From the NCBI RefSeq assembly GCF_009914755.1, contig NC_060929.1: 64,000 nt of DNA; one strand, written 5' to 3'. The notes under the pieces are model-generated. The model saw only the letters and a program-made list of their open reading frames with translations, searched no databases and was not told the origin of the DNA. The DNA is from the human T2T-CHM13v2.0 reference genome, Homo sapiens. This document shows, piece after piece, positions 30,940-45,282 of this stretch. Positions within the stretch are counted from its first letter, which is position 1, and every line of letters starts with the position of its first letter. A program made the translations under genes and the position numbers.

Positions 30940-32551
30940 CCCTAATGGGTTTTCAAAACAGCATTTGGTATAAAAGGATTGTGCCGCTAATTCTTAACAA
31001 TACGCTTTCAGCACCGTGTGCTTGCTCACCAGAGACGAGGAGACTCAATGGCTCCCACACTGGGAAGCGGACAGTGTTGGGTGAGGTCAGATGATGGAGT
31101 CTGCATGGCCCTCTGTGAGCCTCGTGAAAATCGCTTCTCTTTGCCCTGCAGACATGCTGTGTGGAGGCCTCAGCAACAGGCTCCACAATGTGCAGGAGTT
31201 TTGAGGGAGGATCCACCTTCCAAAAAGCAGGCGTGGCCAAGGTTGGCTTTGGTGTCCTCAAACACTGCCTGTCTTTGGTCCAATAAGCCACCCACGGCCT
31301 CCCCAGCAGGTCATGTGTCTCTAAGGAAACGTTCAGAACCAGGCCTATGAGGAAAGCCAGGTGGACCAGCCCTCCAGCCCCAGAGCAGGCTTCCCGTGGA
31401 CAGAACAGAGGTGCCAGCAGATTTCCCAAACCCAAAAATTGCAAACAGCATTCCAGGGCTTGCTTCGCTAAGCTCAAACCTCAGAGTCCCTCCGTTTCCT
31501 GTTACCAGTAACTGACGATTGTTTCTTAGACGGTGTTGGCTGATGGGATTTCTGGGGCTTGCGGGTTCAGCGTTCTCAACAATCTCTGACGAGTGAGGTG
31601 GTTAGAGAGATTACCCACTTTTGCAGCGGATTTTGCCTAAGTGATGCTATGATTGAGGGCCCCGGAGTCTGCTCCTATTTTGGGAAGGCTCACGGTGTCC
31701 TGGGGTTATCAGTGCTCACAACATCACACTCAGGTTATCTGGAAGACGCCAGCGTGGGCAGAGTGTGAAGTGAGGAAGTGCTGTTTGCTGGTGGTGTACA
31801 GCAGCCTCCCCTGGCAGTTCGCTACGTGTAGGGGCGGGTTTGCCTTCAGAGCAGGAAGAGGTAATTACGATGGCCCAGAGTGGGAAGGAACCAAGTTTCC
31901 ATCTGGTAGGAGCTGGCCAGGCCATGCAAACTTCCTAAAAAGACGAAGTTTCACGTAGCTTCGGGGAGTCTGATAGTCATTGCAGAGGCCAATGTTGATG
32001 ACTAATATATCAGGGGGACTTTATACCCTTAAAGATTAAATCATTCTATTGAAATAAAATACTCTGTTTTAAATACATACGGTGAATGAGGACTTTTGCC
32101 CCAATTTGTAAAATTATAGTTTGTTGCTAAAACAGCTTAAGGGTATAAGTATAAATGAAATGACACTAATTAAAACATAAAACGTCAGAAGGGGTGATTT
32201 TATCGTGTAAGTTCAAAAGAACCGGGAAAAAAAGGAAAAATAGGTGTTTCTACCATTGGGGGAAAACTTGCTGGAAAAGGCTGGGCGTCCTGCCCCGCGG
32301 CTCAGGAGACTAGATCCTTATGTGAGGCCATCTGTCACCTAGGTGAATGTCATGATCTATACATAAATCACTTGCTAGCTCACAAGGAATTCGGACGGCA
32401 TCACTCAAAACAAGAAATGCCAGGGGGTGGAGAGAAGCAGCACAAGGAATCCCACGGAGGCCGACACATCTCTGTGTAGCGCAAAGATGGTTTTTAGGGA
32501 CTCTTGTTCCACCACGGTCTTTTCTGCTCCCTGTCTCTATTGTACGTACTA

Positions 32552-33111
<560 letters not shown>

Positions 33112-33509
33112 TGTATATTCCTTTCCCAGAGCTGCCCTAACAAAGTATCCCCCACTGGGTGACCTAAGCAACAGAAATGCATTCTCTCCTGTTTTAGAGC
33201 CTGAAGCCTGAGGGCTGTGAGGGAGGCTCTGCTCTGTGCCCCTGTCCCAGCCTCCAGCCTTTGCTGGCCATCGGCCCATCTCTGCCCATGTGTGCACACA
33301 GCCCTCCCACTGTATGCGTCCCTCTCCATGTCCAAATGTCCCCTTGTGATAAGGACACTGGTCATGTTGGATTACTCCCATATGACCTCATCTTAACTAA
33401 TTCTTTTGCAGTGACTCTATTTCCAGGTAAGGTCATATTCTGAGGTAGTGGGGATTAGGACTTTGACGCGGGAAATCGGGGGAGGGGAGACGTGATTCAG
33501 CTCATAACC
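33112..33509 (-). mobile_element. MLT1B/C-type solo LTR
   Basis: gataaggacactggtcatgttgg...gacctcatcttaactaatt...ctatttccaggtaaggtcatattctgaggt. Confidence 0.85.
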
Positions 33510-34978
33510 GTCTGCACCTGTTTCTGAGGCTGCACTCACCTGTATGTCTTCCTATCATTCTCATTGTCATTTGGAAAAAAAAAAGAATTATAAGGTAAAA
33601 AACATACTTCATAACGCCGCACTTAGAAATAAGCACTAATAGTTTAATCACTTTTCTTTTTTACATAATAGTTCCATGCTTACATAATGTTTTACATGGG
33701 TGGTATACTATTGCATTTGTATCTTCATGCCTTGCTTTTAAGGTTATATCACACAAGCATTTTCCAACATATTGAAACGTTTTTGTTGCTTGCCAAATGT
33801 TCATTCAGGTAACTTGGCCAGAACATAGAAGAGCATCCTTTAGTGATTTGACATTTAAAATCCTGATAATCCCGTGGAACATTTCAGGGGCCATCTTTGT
33901 GTATAAAATTTTCCTCGACTTAGTGCTACAGTCTGGGATTTTAGTCTTGTACTCGGGGTGTTAAGCTTAGGTGTATTCGCGTCATAAGGCTCTTGAGACC
34001 TCTCACTGGTAGCTCTGGGAGAGGTTCTGTCTATGTGTCTCCCACCAGCCTGGCTCTCAGTGTCTTTGGGTGCCAAGGGCAGTGGCCGCAGGGCAGCAAA
34101 TGCCAGCGTTCTCAGGAGGTCCTTCTCCATCCCGTTGCATGCAGCTTGGGTGCCGACTTCAGCGTCATCAGAGCAACAGAGCACTGTCTTGTAGACTGGA
34201 CCTGGTGTATTATTTCACTCAAATTTGATGCCCCCAAGGAATTCACACAAGTCAAAAAAATTTTCACAGAAACTGTTGCTTTCAGGTGTGCCAAACATTC
34301 CATGAACAGAAGAAAATCCCTAAGATAATGACCCGCAGTATGGGGATTCTCCTTGGGCTCATCGGAGGCCCAAGGTGACTGTCACTTCCATAAACATTTT
34401 GTTTCTCATAAAGTAAATCTTGGATTACCAGTTTCCAATCTTAAAATGCATAATGTCTCATTTTCATTTATTTCTCCTTTATTGAATACTTAATACATTC
34501 AAATTATTGAGAACTGCCAATTACATAAAAGTGGTAAAACTCAGGTATGAAGCGTTTTAAGTTACAGGCCCAGTATTCAACTGGTTGCCACAAACTGGCA
34601 ATGATGGCTGCATTAACAACTCTCCCCAAAGTCAGCCATGCTCATGGCTGGATCCTAGGCCCCAGAGGCTCAGGCGTGGCAGGAGTAACGAGGGACCTCT
34701 GCATGGGGAGTCTCTGACAGACTTAGTGAAACTTGTTTTCCAAAGAAAACAAGCTCAGATTTGGCATCGCAATGCACATGCTGGGTCTTTGGGATGGATT
34801 CTTGCTGAGAAAACTGATTCTGAAAAGGTCACATGATTGATATAAAGATGTAAATATCCATCGTCCTCCTCTTTGGCGCTAACTAATTTATTAACATGAT
34901 GAAGGCACGGGTTGATGTTCTGAGAGTCAGGTGCTCACACCTATCTTGTACTTGGAGTGGTAAGAATGTAGGATTCTT

Positions 34979-35557
<579 letters not shown>

Positions 35558-37167
35558 TCAGCCCTGCACTCCCATCTCCGCCCCTGTGAAAGCCCTGTTC
35601 CTCCACCCACCAGGCACCAAGACAGGCTCTCCCTGTGTTAATTCTCCATCACTGCCAACTCCCACTGGCTCAGTGTGAAACTTAGCTCTAAGAAGTTGTG
35701 AGTTGCAGCATTCTATTGCATTCTTTTAAAAAAAAAGTCTTGGACTAATATTCAAGTATGTTTATTTGGAGAATACGTTAAATTAAAGCATCATGTTTCT
35801 GAACCTTCAAAAGACAAAGACACTTATTTTATATGCAAGTATTAACATATGTGGAGACATTTGTCAGAAACCTGAGAGAGCTGAATTTTTTGTTTAATAA
35901 CAGAAACGTGTTTTGCTTTTATTTGTAATGATTTTTACGATAGCAGCAACTGTAATGACCGTGTTTGCCTTCTGATGAATGCTTTGTAGATGGGAGAACC
36001 ACATGCCTTGGCCTCTCCCGATGTCTGTGTACTCCTGGGCTCCATGGTGCCCCTCTTAGGCTCAACCCTGATCTCCAGGGCTCTAGCCGCCATGCTATTG
36101 CCCATGACCATGGTTTCTGGAGTTCACTTCCCCGCTTGCTTTCTCCCTCTCCTTGGCCTCTAGGTTGAGCACCTTCCTTGGGGTTCCCATTTTCTTCTTG
36201 CATCCCTTTGTCCTTCACTGTGGGCATATAATTCCCCCAAAGCAGCCTGCATGGCCACTAGCAGTGACTTCACTGCAACTCTGGACAAGAGGCCTCACAC
36301 CATGCAGGGCCCGGGACCCCTCCTCTTCTAGCCCCAAGAAAATAGACACCATTTTCTTACTGCAAGGTAAAATGCGATAAACCATAAAGGAAAGTGTCAT
36401 ATACGTTTGTCAAACGAGACCATTATCATTGGCCATCTTAATTTGTTTTCTCTGGAATTACTCATTTTAATGCTGGCAATATTTATGTGTGTCTTTCAAA
36501 TGTGTTCACATATCCTGATGTGACTTGTCTGGAATTTCTTTCAATCTCATGTAAATATTTCTGAAGCATAAACATTAATATATTACATGTTGCCAACTTC
36601 TTTATGCCTTCCATACCTCACAGGTGAGGGCTCCAGGGCTGCTTTAGTTTTCAGTTTAAACAAACTAAGATTTCTTAGATACAGCATGGGTTCTGTTGGA
36701 TTTATGCACAGCTGACCGTCTCTCTCGGCAAATCAACTCTAATAGCATATGAAGAGGCGTGTGTTCAAACATTCATTTCTAAAAACCCAGAATAAACATG
36801 TTCAATAAACTAAATGAACATTGTAAAACACATACAAGCAAAGTACTGGTTAATTGCTATGTAGATATCTAGTAGACAATTATTATTAATCTTTGTATTA
36901 TATTAACAATTAATCAAAATAACTGCACGACATAGTCATATATCTTATAGCAAATCTAATAAAAATGATTAGATAAAACACACAAAGTTAAAATGTGTAA
37001 GTTTTGTCATGATTGATTCTAATAGCCACAGATGCGGAATTCCAAAGGTGTCCTTGGGGTGGAACACGCGATTAGCATTATCGATGAGCACTGCTTCGCA
37101 CTCTGGGAAACAACAGAAATATCTACCGTGGATTTTGGTTTCAAAGTTGAAATGTTTTCCCAGATTA

Positions 37168-37520
<353 letters not shown>

Positions 37521-37938
37521 TCATCACTGTAAAGCCGGAGCATCAGGTTCACATACCCTGATCCCTCAGCAGACAGAACCTGCTTGTTTATGGTGCCAAA
37601 AAGTGAACATCTGACTCGGAGAACACTCACCCGCTCCAGTGAAAGGAAGAGAAAGGCCCTGCTCTTTAAGTCTGAAGAAAGGTGACCGTGAAGGTCTCTG
37701 TGGGTGGTTAAAGGCAAGATGTAATTAGGATTTCACCAATGATCACCAAAAAGGGAGAAAGACAAAATATATTTAAAATCAAGCCTTGAAACTAGAAACT
37801 TCTATATTTTCCCAGTGCTGAAAATGAGCTATGTTTTACAAACCTGAAGCTTGGTGATGTGAGTGATGTGGTGAGAGGAGGTGGAGCATCGCATTCGGTA
37901 CATTAACGTCTTCAAAGAGTTTAGCTTGCCTAGCAAAA

Positions 37939-38348
37939 CTCTCTCTCTGTCTCTTCCTCCCCTTCCCTCCCTCTTCTTTTTCTCACTTTCTCTGTCTCTT
38001 TTCTTCTCTCTGTGTCTTTCTCTGTCTCTTTTCTTTCTTTCTCTGTCTCTTTTCCTCTCTCTTTTCTCTGTCTCTTTTCTTTCTTGCTTTCTCTGACTCT
38101 TTTCTTCTCTCTGTCTCTTTTCTTTCTTTCTGTCTTTTTTCCTCCCTCTTTCTCTGTCTCTTTTCTTTCTTGCTTTCTCTGTCTCTTTTCTTCTCTCTGT
38201 CTTTCTGTCTCTTTTCTTTCTCACTTTCTCTGTCTCTTTTCTTCTCTTTGTGTCTTTCTGTGTCTCCATAGCTCTCCACAGATAGATAGATAGAAAGATC
38301 GATACTACACAGTTGGATAGACAGACAGGTAGAAGACAGATAGATAGA
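37939..38348. repeat. TC-rich tract with higher-order blocks, followed by degenerate (AGAT)n
   Basis: Built from tttctctgtctcttttc blocks; GATA-type run at 38279-38348. Confidence 0.9.
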
Positions 38349-38479
38349 AGCCATCAGCACCCACCCCGTCCTGACGCTGTCGAGGATGAGCCCCTCCAGA
38401 CTCTACCGAAAGCACCGCCCAGAACTCTTGGAAGGTGGCTCATGTTAGCTTAACATGCACACAGCTGCTGTGAAGACAT

Positions 38480-38829
38480 GACGTGCTCCGAAACGCGGGT
38501 GTTTCACCGTCTAAATTACGCCCTCCAGAAATTCACTTCCCGTGGTTCCGGAGGCTGGAAGTCCAGGATTGAGGCATCTGCAGATATGGCGTCTGGCAAC
38601 ACCTCCTGTCCAGGTTCGTGGAAGGTGCCTTCTCGCTGTGTCCCCACGGGGTGGAGAGGGCAAGGGGACTACTTGGGGTCCCTCTTTTAAGGGCACTCAC
38701 CCCATTTATGATGGCTCCACCCCCATGACCAAATCACCTCCCAAAGGCCCCAGCTCCTAATTGCATCCCCTTGAGGGTGAGGGTTTTGACACTGGAATTT
38801 TGGGGAACACAGACGTTCAGACCACAGCA
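38480..38829 (-). mobile_element. MLT1A0-type solo LTR
   Basis: ggaggctggaagtccagg...atcacctcccaaaggcccca...acgttcagaccacagca. Confidence 0.85.
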
Positions 38830-39502
38830 ATGCTGAAACTATTTCTGAAAAGAATTCAACACATCAATAAAACTGTGCATGGCCCTGTTTCAACACAGCC
38901 CTGGAGGATGAGCCAAGCCCATCCTGCCCGGGGGATGCTCTGCACCCCCGTCAGCTCAGAACTGCCTGTCTCCCTGCTCATTTCAGAAGGTTCACGTTCA
39001 AAGTGAATGCAGCCTGCTTTCATGTCCCCTCCTCAGCCCCAGCTCACACTTGAGGGCCAGGGGGAACAACGAGTGTGCCTGGGCAGCCAGGTGCGTGCCC
39101 TCTCACCTAAGGAACCACCTGTAGAGTTAGGTGCTCTGCTGTCTGGGGAGGAGAGCAAGTCTGGAGTCTTGTCCCAGACAACAGACTCCCTCTAAATGAG
39201 GTTAAAAAGAAGGGGTGCCGGGACCAGGCGTTGGGGTTCTACATGGCCGCTGCCACCCCCAAGATCTCATCAGGAGACACCTGCCCCACTCAAGCCTCCA
39301 GGGCCAGCCCCACGGCAGCACCACCCCTCCATCGGCCCTGAAGCCAGGCACAGACCCCAGTCTCCCACCTTCCTCCCACACATGCTGGAGAGAATCCAGG
39401 CTAGAGACCCCCACCTCCCACACGTGGTGGCTCTGGTCCATTCCAGTTCCTGCCGGTGGAGGCCAGGCTGGGACCACCTCACTCTTGGGGGCACAAAGAG
39501 CC

Positions 39503-39638
39503 CCGTCACCGACTGCTGGGCACTGCTGGGGACATGGGTGTTGCTGCTGCTTCCTGCCCCTCAAATGCGATGGCTCCGTCTTCACAGAAAACCACAAGCG
39601 CAAACAGGAGATGGATCGGGAAGTTCGGGCATTGGGAA
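39503..39638 (+). repeat. Dispersed direct repeat, copy 1 (~135 bp)
   Basis: ccgtcaccgactgctgggcactgctggggac...gcattgggaa; matches 40748-40882. Confidence 0.92.
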
Positions 39639-40747
39639 TCACAGGCTTGGACAGGAGGCTCATCAGACAGGGAGTATAAGTGAATACGCTGTCCTCCTGG
39701 TGCCACAGCCATCCCACACCACGAGCCACCCGCCAGGGAGGGCTGCTGCCACCTGCGTCCTTTCTCTCCCTTGGGCCCTGGTGGAGAAGCATAGCCTGGA
39801 CAGCCACGGGGGATGGTGGAGGAGGGGAGAACCGGAACCAGGCCCGTGGGCAGAGCCAGAGCCTGTCCCCTCTGCTGGATCTCCGGAAAGGCAGAGGCCA
39901 CTGCTCAGGGAGAGGCCCCTGCAAGGACCAGCACAGCACAGGGGCCTGGAGACACACCTGGGAGGAGACTGCCAGCTGGTACATGCCAAGGACATGTCAC
40001 AGCAGGAGTGGCTTGTCCCCAGGCCCCAGCCTCGGCTCTGTCCTCCACCTCCCATCTCCCCCAAGCCCCTTGTCCATGTGACCCTCCCCCGGTCCCCCAT
40101 TCCTCTCTGACTCTGCAGGGGCCTTCCAGTGAGAGGCCACCTCCAGCTGCGTGGGGCTGAGCGCCTGAATCTGCTCACTCAGATGTAGAATGGGGACAGT
40201 GGCCCACCTGGGATGAAGGAAGCTGCGGGTCGTCCCCAAGTGTGAGGAATGCGCCCCCAGCCCCCCGGAAGCCCAGGCATCTCCAGATCCCTAACAATGT
40301 CATTTACACTTCTTTAGCTTCTTTTCTCCTAGGACACATTTTCATTTCCATGCTTCCTAAGTCTTCCCCGCCTGCTCCCCTCTCCCAACCCAGCCCGGCC
40401 CCCAGGCCATGCTTGTGCAGGTACCAAGGAGAGGAGGAACTAATGATTGACAGGTGGATTTTCTTGATTTTCAGTGTTGGACCAAACTTAGAAAACCTTT
40501 GGTAGGCAAAGGAAGCCCATTCACCCACTAGGCTCTAGGTGGAGTGCTCTAGGCCACAGAGCAAAATCCGAACAGCTTATCTCCATTTAGGGAAATTTGT
40601 TCCTGACAAACGCTGACTGTACCATCGCACCTCCTCTCCCCCTACAAAGTCCATTCTCCCTCCCCCAGCCCCTGGAGCCTCTGGATGGAGCTCTCTTTGT
40701 GTTTAATTCTGTGTCTCCCTCTCCTTTAAATTCCTGTCAACACTGGG

Positions 40748-40882
40748 CCGTCACCGACTGCTGGCCACTGCTGGGGACCTGAGTGTTGCTGCTGCTTCCT
40801 GTCCCTCGAATGTGATGCCTCCATCTTCACAGAGAACACACAGCAAACCAGGAGACAGACAGGAAAGGGCAAGCATTGGGAA
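40748..40882 (+). repeat. Dispersed direct repeat, copy 2 (~135 bp)
   Basis: 8 mismatches to copy 1 in the first 86 nt by manual alignment; more diverged distally. Confidence 0.92.
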
Positions 40883-40921
40883 ATAAAAGAGGGGCACAAA
40901 GTTTTCAGAGTAAGGATCGGG

Positions 40922-41243
40922 GGCTGGGTGCAGTGGCTCACGCCTGTACATCCAGCACTTTGGGAGGCTGAGGTAGACAGATCTCCTAAGGTCAGGAGTT
41001 CGAGACCAGCCCGGCCAACATGATGAAACCCCATCTACACTAAAAATACAAAATTAGCCGGTTGTGGTGGCAGGCACCTTTAATCCCGGCTACACGAGAG
41101 GCTGAGGCAGGAGAGTCACTTGAACCTGAAAGGCGAAAGTTGCAGCGCCAAGATTGCACTATTGCACTCCAGCCTGGGTGACAGAGCGAGTCTCCATCTG
41201 AAAAAAACAAAAAACAAAAAACAAAACAAAACAAAACAAAAAA
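40922..41243 (+). mobile_element. Alu (AluS-type) with (AAAAC)n tail
   Basis: Degenerate TSD agagtaaggatcggg / agaatagggataggg. Confidence 0.93.
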
Positions 41244-42339
41244 AGAATAGGGATAGGGAAGAGGAGACAGGAGGGAGAGGCGGACACACCTGGGGAAACA
41301 GCATCTTCTGAGAAAATACAGCGCGAAAATAAGAATAGTTTCTTACAAACACTTAAAACCAGAAGACATGGCAGGGGAGGGCTGGTATCAGGCTTCCATC
41401 AGGGCACTGCTCTGCAGCTTAAAATGTCACCAAACTCTCCCCAGAGGGGCTGCTGATGAGAACCACCCTCCGGGAAGACATACTCTCTGAGCAAGACAGC
41501 CTGAGTTCACCCGGCCTCTTAGGCCTTTGATCACAGGATCCTATTTTGGAATCAACGTTTGTGTCTGCCATTGCTCAAGGCCCATCCTGTCATCAGGCCA
41601 CATCCTAAATTCAACCTAAGCCCTGCTTTCCACAGAGGAGGTGGGGCTGGGCCTAGGGGTGTCATTGGCCACAGGACTGCTGCCTGCTCTCATCCACCCT
41701 GAGAAGCAACTGCTGGCCAGAGGAAAACAATTCAGCCAGAAGACACGAAGTCAGAGAAAAGAGACCAGCATGGAAGAATTGAAGCCCTGTTGTGAACTAA
41801 TGAACTAATTTTTGCTCAGTTGAACCCAGCCATGAGCTCCCGAGTGGGAGTAAGAAGAGTTTCAGCCTCAAGCAGGGACCCCAGGCCACAGGGGTGTTGC
41901 CGGGTGAGGAGGCTGCATTTGTGTTGGCATCAAGTGCATTTGTCTTCCGGGTAGAGCCAAATAAAAGCAGGTGAAGGAAATTAACATGGAATTAGGGTGC
42001 AAACCTTAGAATGCATTTCCTTCATCTCCCCCATCCATCTGCAGGGTGGGAAGTGGGGTGAGCCCGCCCCTGGGCTGACACAGTGATGAGCAATGGCAAT
42101 TTGCCTTAAAAACCCTAACGAGTGGATCATTGCTGCAGAGGAACGGGAGAACCCTCCAGTCCCCCGGCGGCTGCATGCCACGGTCGGCTGTGCAGTAACC
42201 AGGCAGAGCACAATGACATCCCAGCCTCGCTCCCCAGATAAAAATTTCTCTCCCTCCACTTTTGCAAAGGTAATGAGGAAGTAATGAGGCTTGACTTGAA
42301 TTTTTTCAGCCCTGGCTTTCCCTCCTTCCCCAGCAGGTC

Positions 42340-42545
42340 CCCCAGGATGGCATAAGACGCTGGGTTTCTATAAAAGCTGTGCTGTGGCTGGGTGGAGGAG
42401 CGGAGTCGGGCTCTGTGGCCTCAGAGGCCGCTTGCAAGAGTTCAGATAAACCGAGGCCCCTTTCAGCGCGTCCGTCTGCTCTGATCGGCTCCACTGAATA
42501 AGACGATTTGAGGATGTGCAGGCCCGGCCGCGCAGCTCCCTGTTT
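42340..42545 (+). promoter_or_regulatory. Candidate TATA-containing CpG-enriched element
   Basis: TATAAAAG at 42369-42376 followed by CpG-enriched unique sequence; motif evidence only. Confidence 0.3.
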
Positions 42546-44439
42546 ATTTTACCACTTGATGGCTAGAAAGCCCTGACCTTTCCCGGCTACCTTTCCGCCA
42601 CCACCTCCCCCAGCCCCAGCCCTGTTCCTCTCCTGCTTTTTGTCTCTTTTGCAGCTTTACTACATTCAACTGTGCAAATAGTAAAATCCCAAAAAGGTAG
42701 GCAGAAGGGCTGTTTGAGATCATTAGCTTAATTTGAGCTGAAAGGTCTTTGTTGTAAGTTGGGGAGGGGAAGGACCCGGGGACCTTAGCTGAGTGTTCTG
42801 CTGGCAAGCTTGTTGAGATATGATTGCCTTTGTTGTGATAATCTGAAATTAATTTGCACTTGAACCCATCTTTCTTCTGGGCTCAATTTAAACACTGTTA
42901 TAATTATGCGCCCTGCATGAAATTGAGAACAGACCCTGATATGACAAAGCTGAATATTTTAATTCCCCAGGTACAGACGGCTTTTTTCCTCACTTATCTC
43001 ACAAGGTAATAAAACAAAATGCTGCAGTGCTCATGCTTAAGAGAGAGGTATTTGCCTGAGGGGAAACAGAGATAATCACTGTATCGCTCCACATTTCACT
43101 CTGTACTTTCGCAGTGGGTCAATCGCTTTCTTTTAAAGTGATGTTAAACTTCTGCTAATATTAGTTGATTTGTACCTGGAACGCTATTTTAAAAAAAAAA
43201 TGAAAATGGTATGTTTTATTCTATTTCAGCCGCTCCTCATCTAAGAGGCTTTGTCTCTAACATCCATTTCCTCAGATTTTTTTAAACACTATTAAAGGCT
43301 GCCTCGTAATATGCACAATTGATCTTAGCGGAGCACCTTTCTTGTTCTCAGTGTGAGCTGTAATATCCTTATCAGCATTCTTTTAGTTTTAACCCAGATT
43401 AGTGTTTTTGGTGAGGAATCTCATTAACTCCGGCAAGCCTATCTTCTTTTGTGATTGCCTTCGGAATTGTATTGTACTAAAAGGCCAACGGGGCCTTTCC
43501 CCCAGGCACAAATTCTTTAAATCAGCCTTCAGCTTAGAGAAACTACACACTCCTCAGAAAGAGACGTTCTGAAGGGTCGGGATGAACTGTGCGGGTTCCC
43601 CTCACTGGAAGACACGGCTAAGACCGGCTGGCAGTTTGGGAATCTGGGGGAGGAGACCCAGGAGTCCTGCGGGCTCCCCGGCTCCCCGCTCCTGGCCCCT
43701 TCCTGTTTCCCTTACTATCTTGCACAAACACCTCAGCTGCCCCCTCGGAAAAACAGCCTTAAACGATCATGGTCGTGTCGTATTGTGTTAAAAGCAAGTG
43801 TCATTTCACAGTCACACAAGCAAGAAAGCCATCTCCCCAAACAGAGCCCAGGGCAGAAGACGGACAGAGAAGGAGGGGTTAAAAGGAGACACCTGCCAGC
43901 TAAGGAAGGCGGCCCAGTGCCCTCTGACCATCCTGGTGCATTTTATAAATAATCACAACACCCAGTACTTGGGTTGGTTTACTAATAAAATGTACAAGGG
44001 TCGAATTCAGAGTAATTTGAAAAATAAAATATATCCCCCCCAAATGCCAGTTTAATTCTGTTGGTCATGCGATAAAATGTCAACGGCAAATGTTTATGAC
44101 TGAGCTTATTTGTTAGAAATTCTATGTGAGAAAAGTACAGATGAGTAATTGGGTACGATAGTGTTTTTAACAAAAACTATGCATTGGTAGAATGGCTTTA
44201 TCTCTGATGACTCATTGTTCCATGCACTCTATGATGATTTCAGTGGAAACAAAGAGTGTTCCAATTATAAGATGGTGGTAGTAACAGGACTATTTTATTT
44301 ATTGTTTTGCAAAGCCTATTCAAATATACACACAAGTGGCATCTATGTTCTTTAATCACTCTTCTTACTAACATATTTTTGAGAAAGAATTGAGGCCACA
44401 GTTCAGAGTCTCATGTCAGCACCTCCTGAGAAAGCCTGT

Positions 44440-45060
44440 AGCTGCGTGGATAAGGCACCTGGTGTACATAGGAGGCCTGAGCCTGCCTATAAGTACATAG
44501 CAGAGAAGAGTGTCCATTGTCACATGTGAGCGCCGTGTGGGTGCACCTAGGGTCCTAGATGGGAAGTGTGTGCACCACTGCCGTACAGAGGAGGAGCAGG
44601 AAACCCACATCACGTGGCAGAGGCACGTGCTTGATGACCCAAAGGCCATGTGGTGTGCTTATCCGCAGGGGTCCTGTGTAAGCCCAATGTCCCAGTGGAG
44701 AGGCGGGGGTTGCACTGTTCTGCAGAGGATGATCAGGTGTACCTGTTACCACACAGAGGAGACGGGTGCTCCTACTGTCATATAGTGGAAGTGGGTGAGC
44801 TTGTTATCAGGCAGAGGTGTGCCTGCGCCCATTGTTCTATAGACAAAGAGCAGGTGCTGTGTTTCCTACAGAAGCTCACCTATCAGAGGAGTGGGGTCTA
44901 ACTCCCCATGAGCGAGGCAGGGCTGCAGCAGATGTCCTGTAACTGAGGGTGTGTGCCTAGAGTCCTCTGAGGAGGCATGGGCGTCCCCAAAACCATGCAG
45001 AAGTGTTGTTCCATAGAAGTGTGTCTGCCTGATATGGGGGACAGTTTCGCCCCCTGCCAT
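44440..45060. repeat. Cryptic, heavily diverged ~29-bp tandem array
   Basis: Related units start at 44736, 44765 and 44794 (29-bp spacing); similar units continue on both sides. Confidence 0.55.
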
Positions 45061-45282
45061 GTGGTGGAGGGGAGGCCAAACTGAGGAGGCTGGGTCCCTT
45101 CCCCGCAGAGTCCCAAGTCAGACTTGCCACAGCCTCTGAAACTCTCAATAACCTGTCCGAGAAAGGACACCAAAGAAATGAAGCCACTCAGAGAAGTGGC
45201 TCGAGGTGCCCCTGGGATGGAAGGGGAAGGTGAGGGGGCCACAGGGCTGCATTTTCCCCTTGACTCTGTGTGACTGGCTCCC

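Noticed and set aside
37829-38360. Lys/Arg/Glu-rich and Leu/Ser/Phe-rich ORFs
   Set aside because: Low-complexity TC tract translations.
39196-40110. 304-aa ORF, plus overlapping 260-aa antisense ORF
   Set aside because: Pro/Arg/Gly-rich, no domain I recognise, and long ORFs in several frames on both strands, as expected from GC-rich stop-poor DNA. A BLASTP or PhyloCSF signal would be needed.
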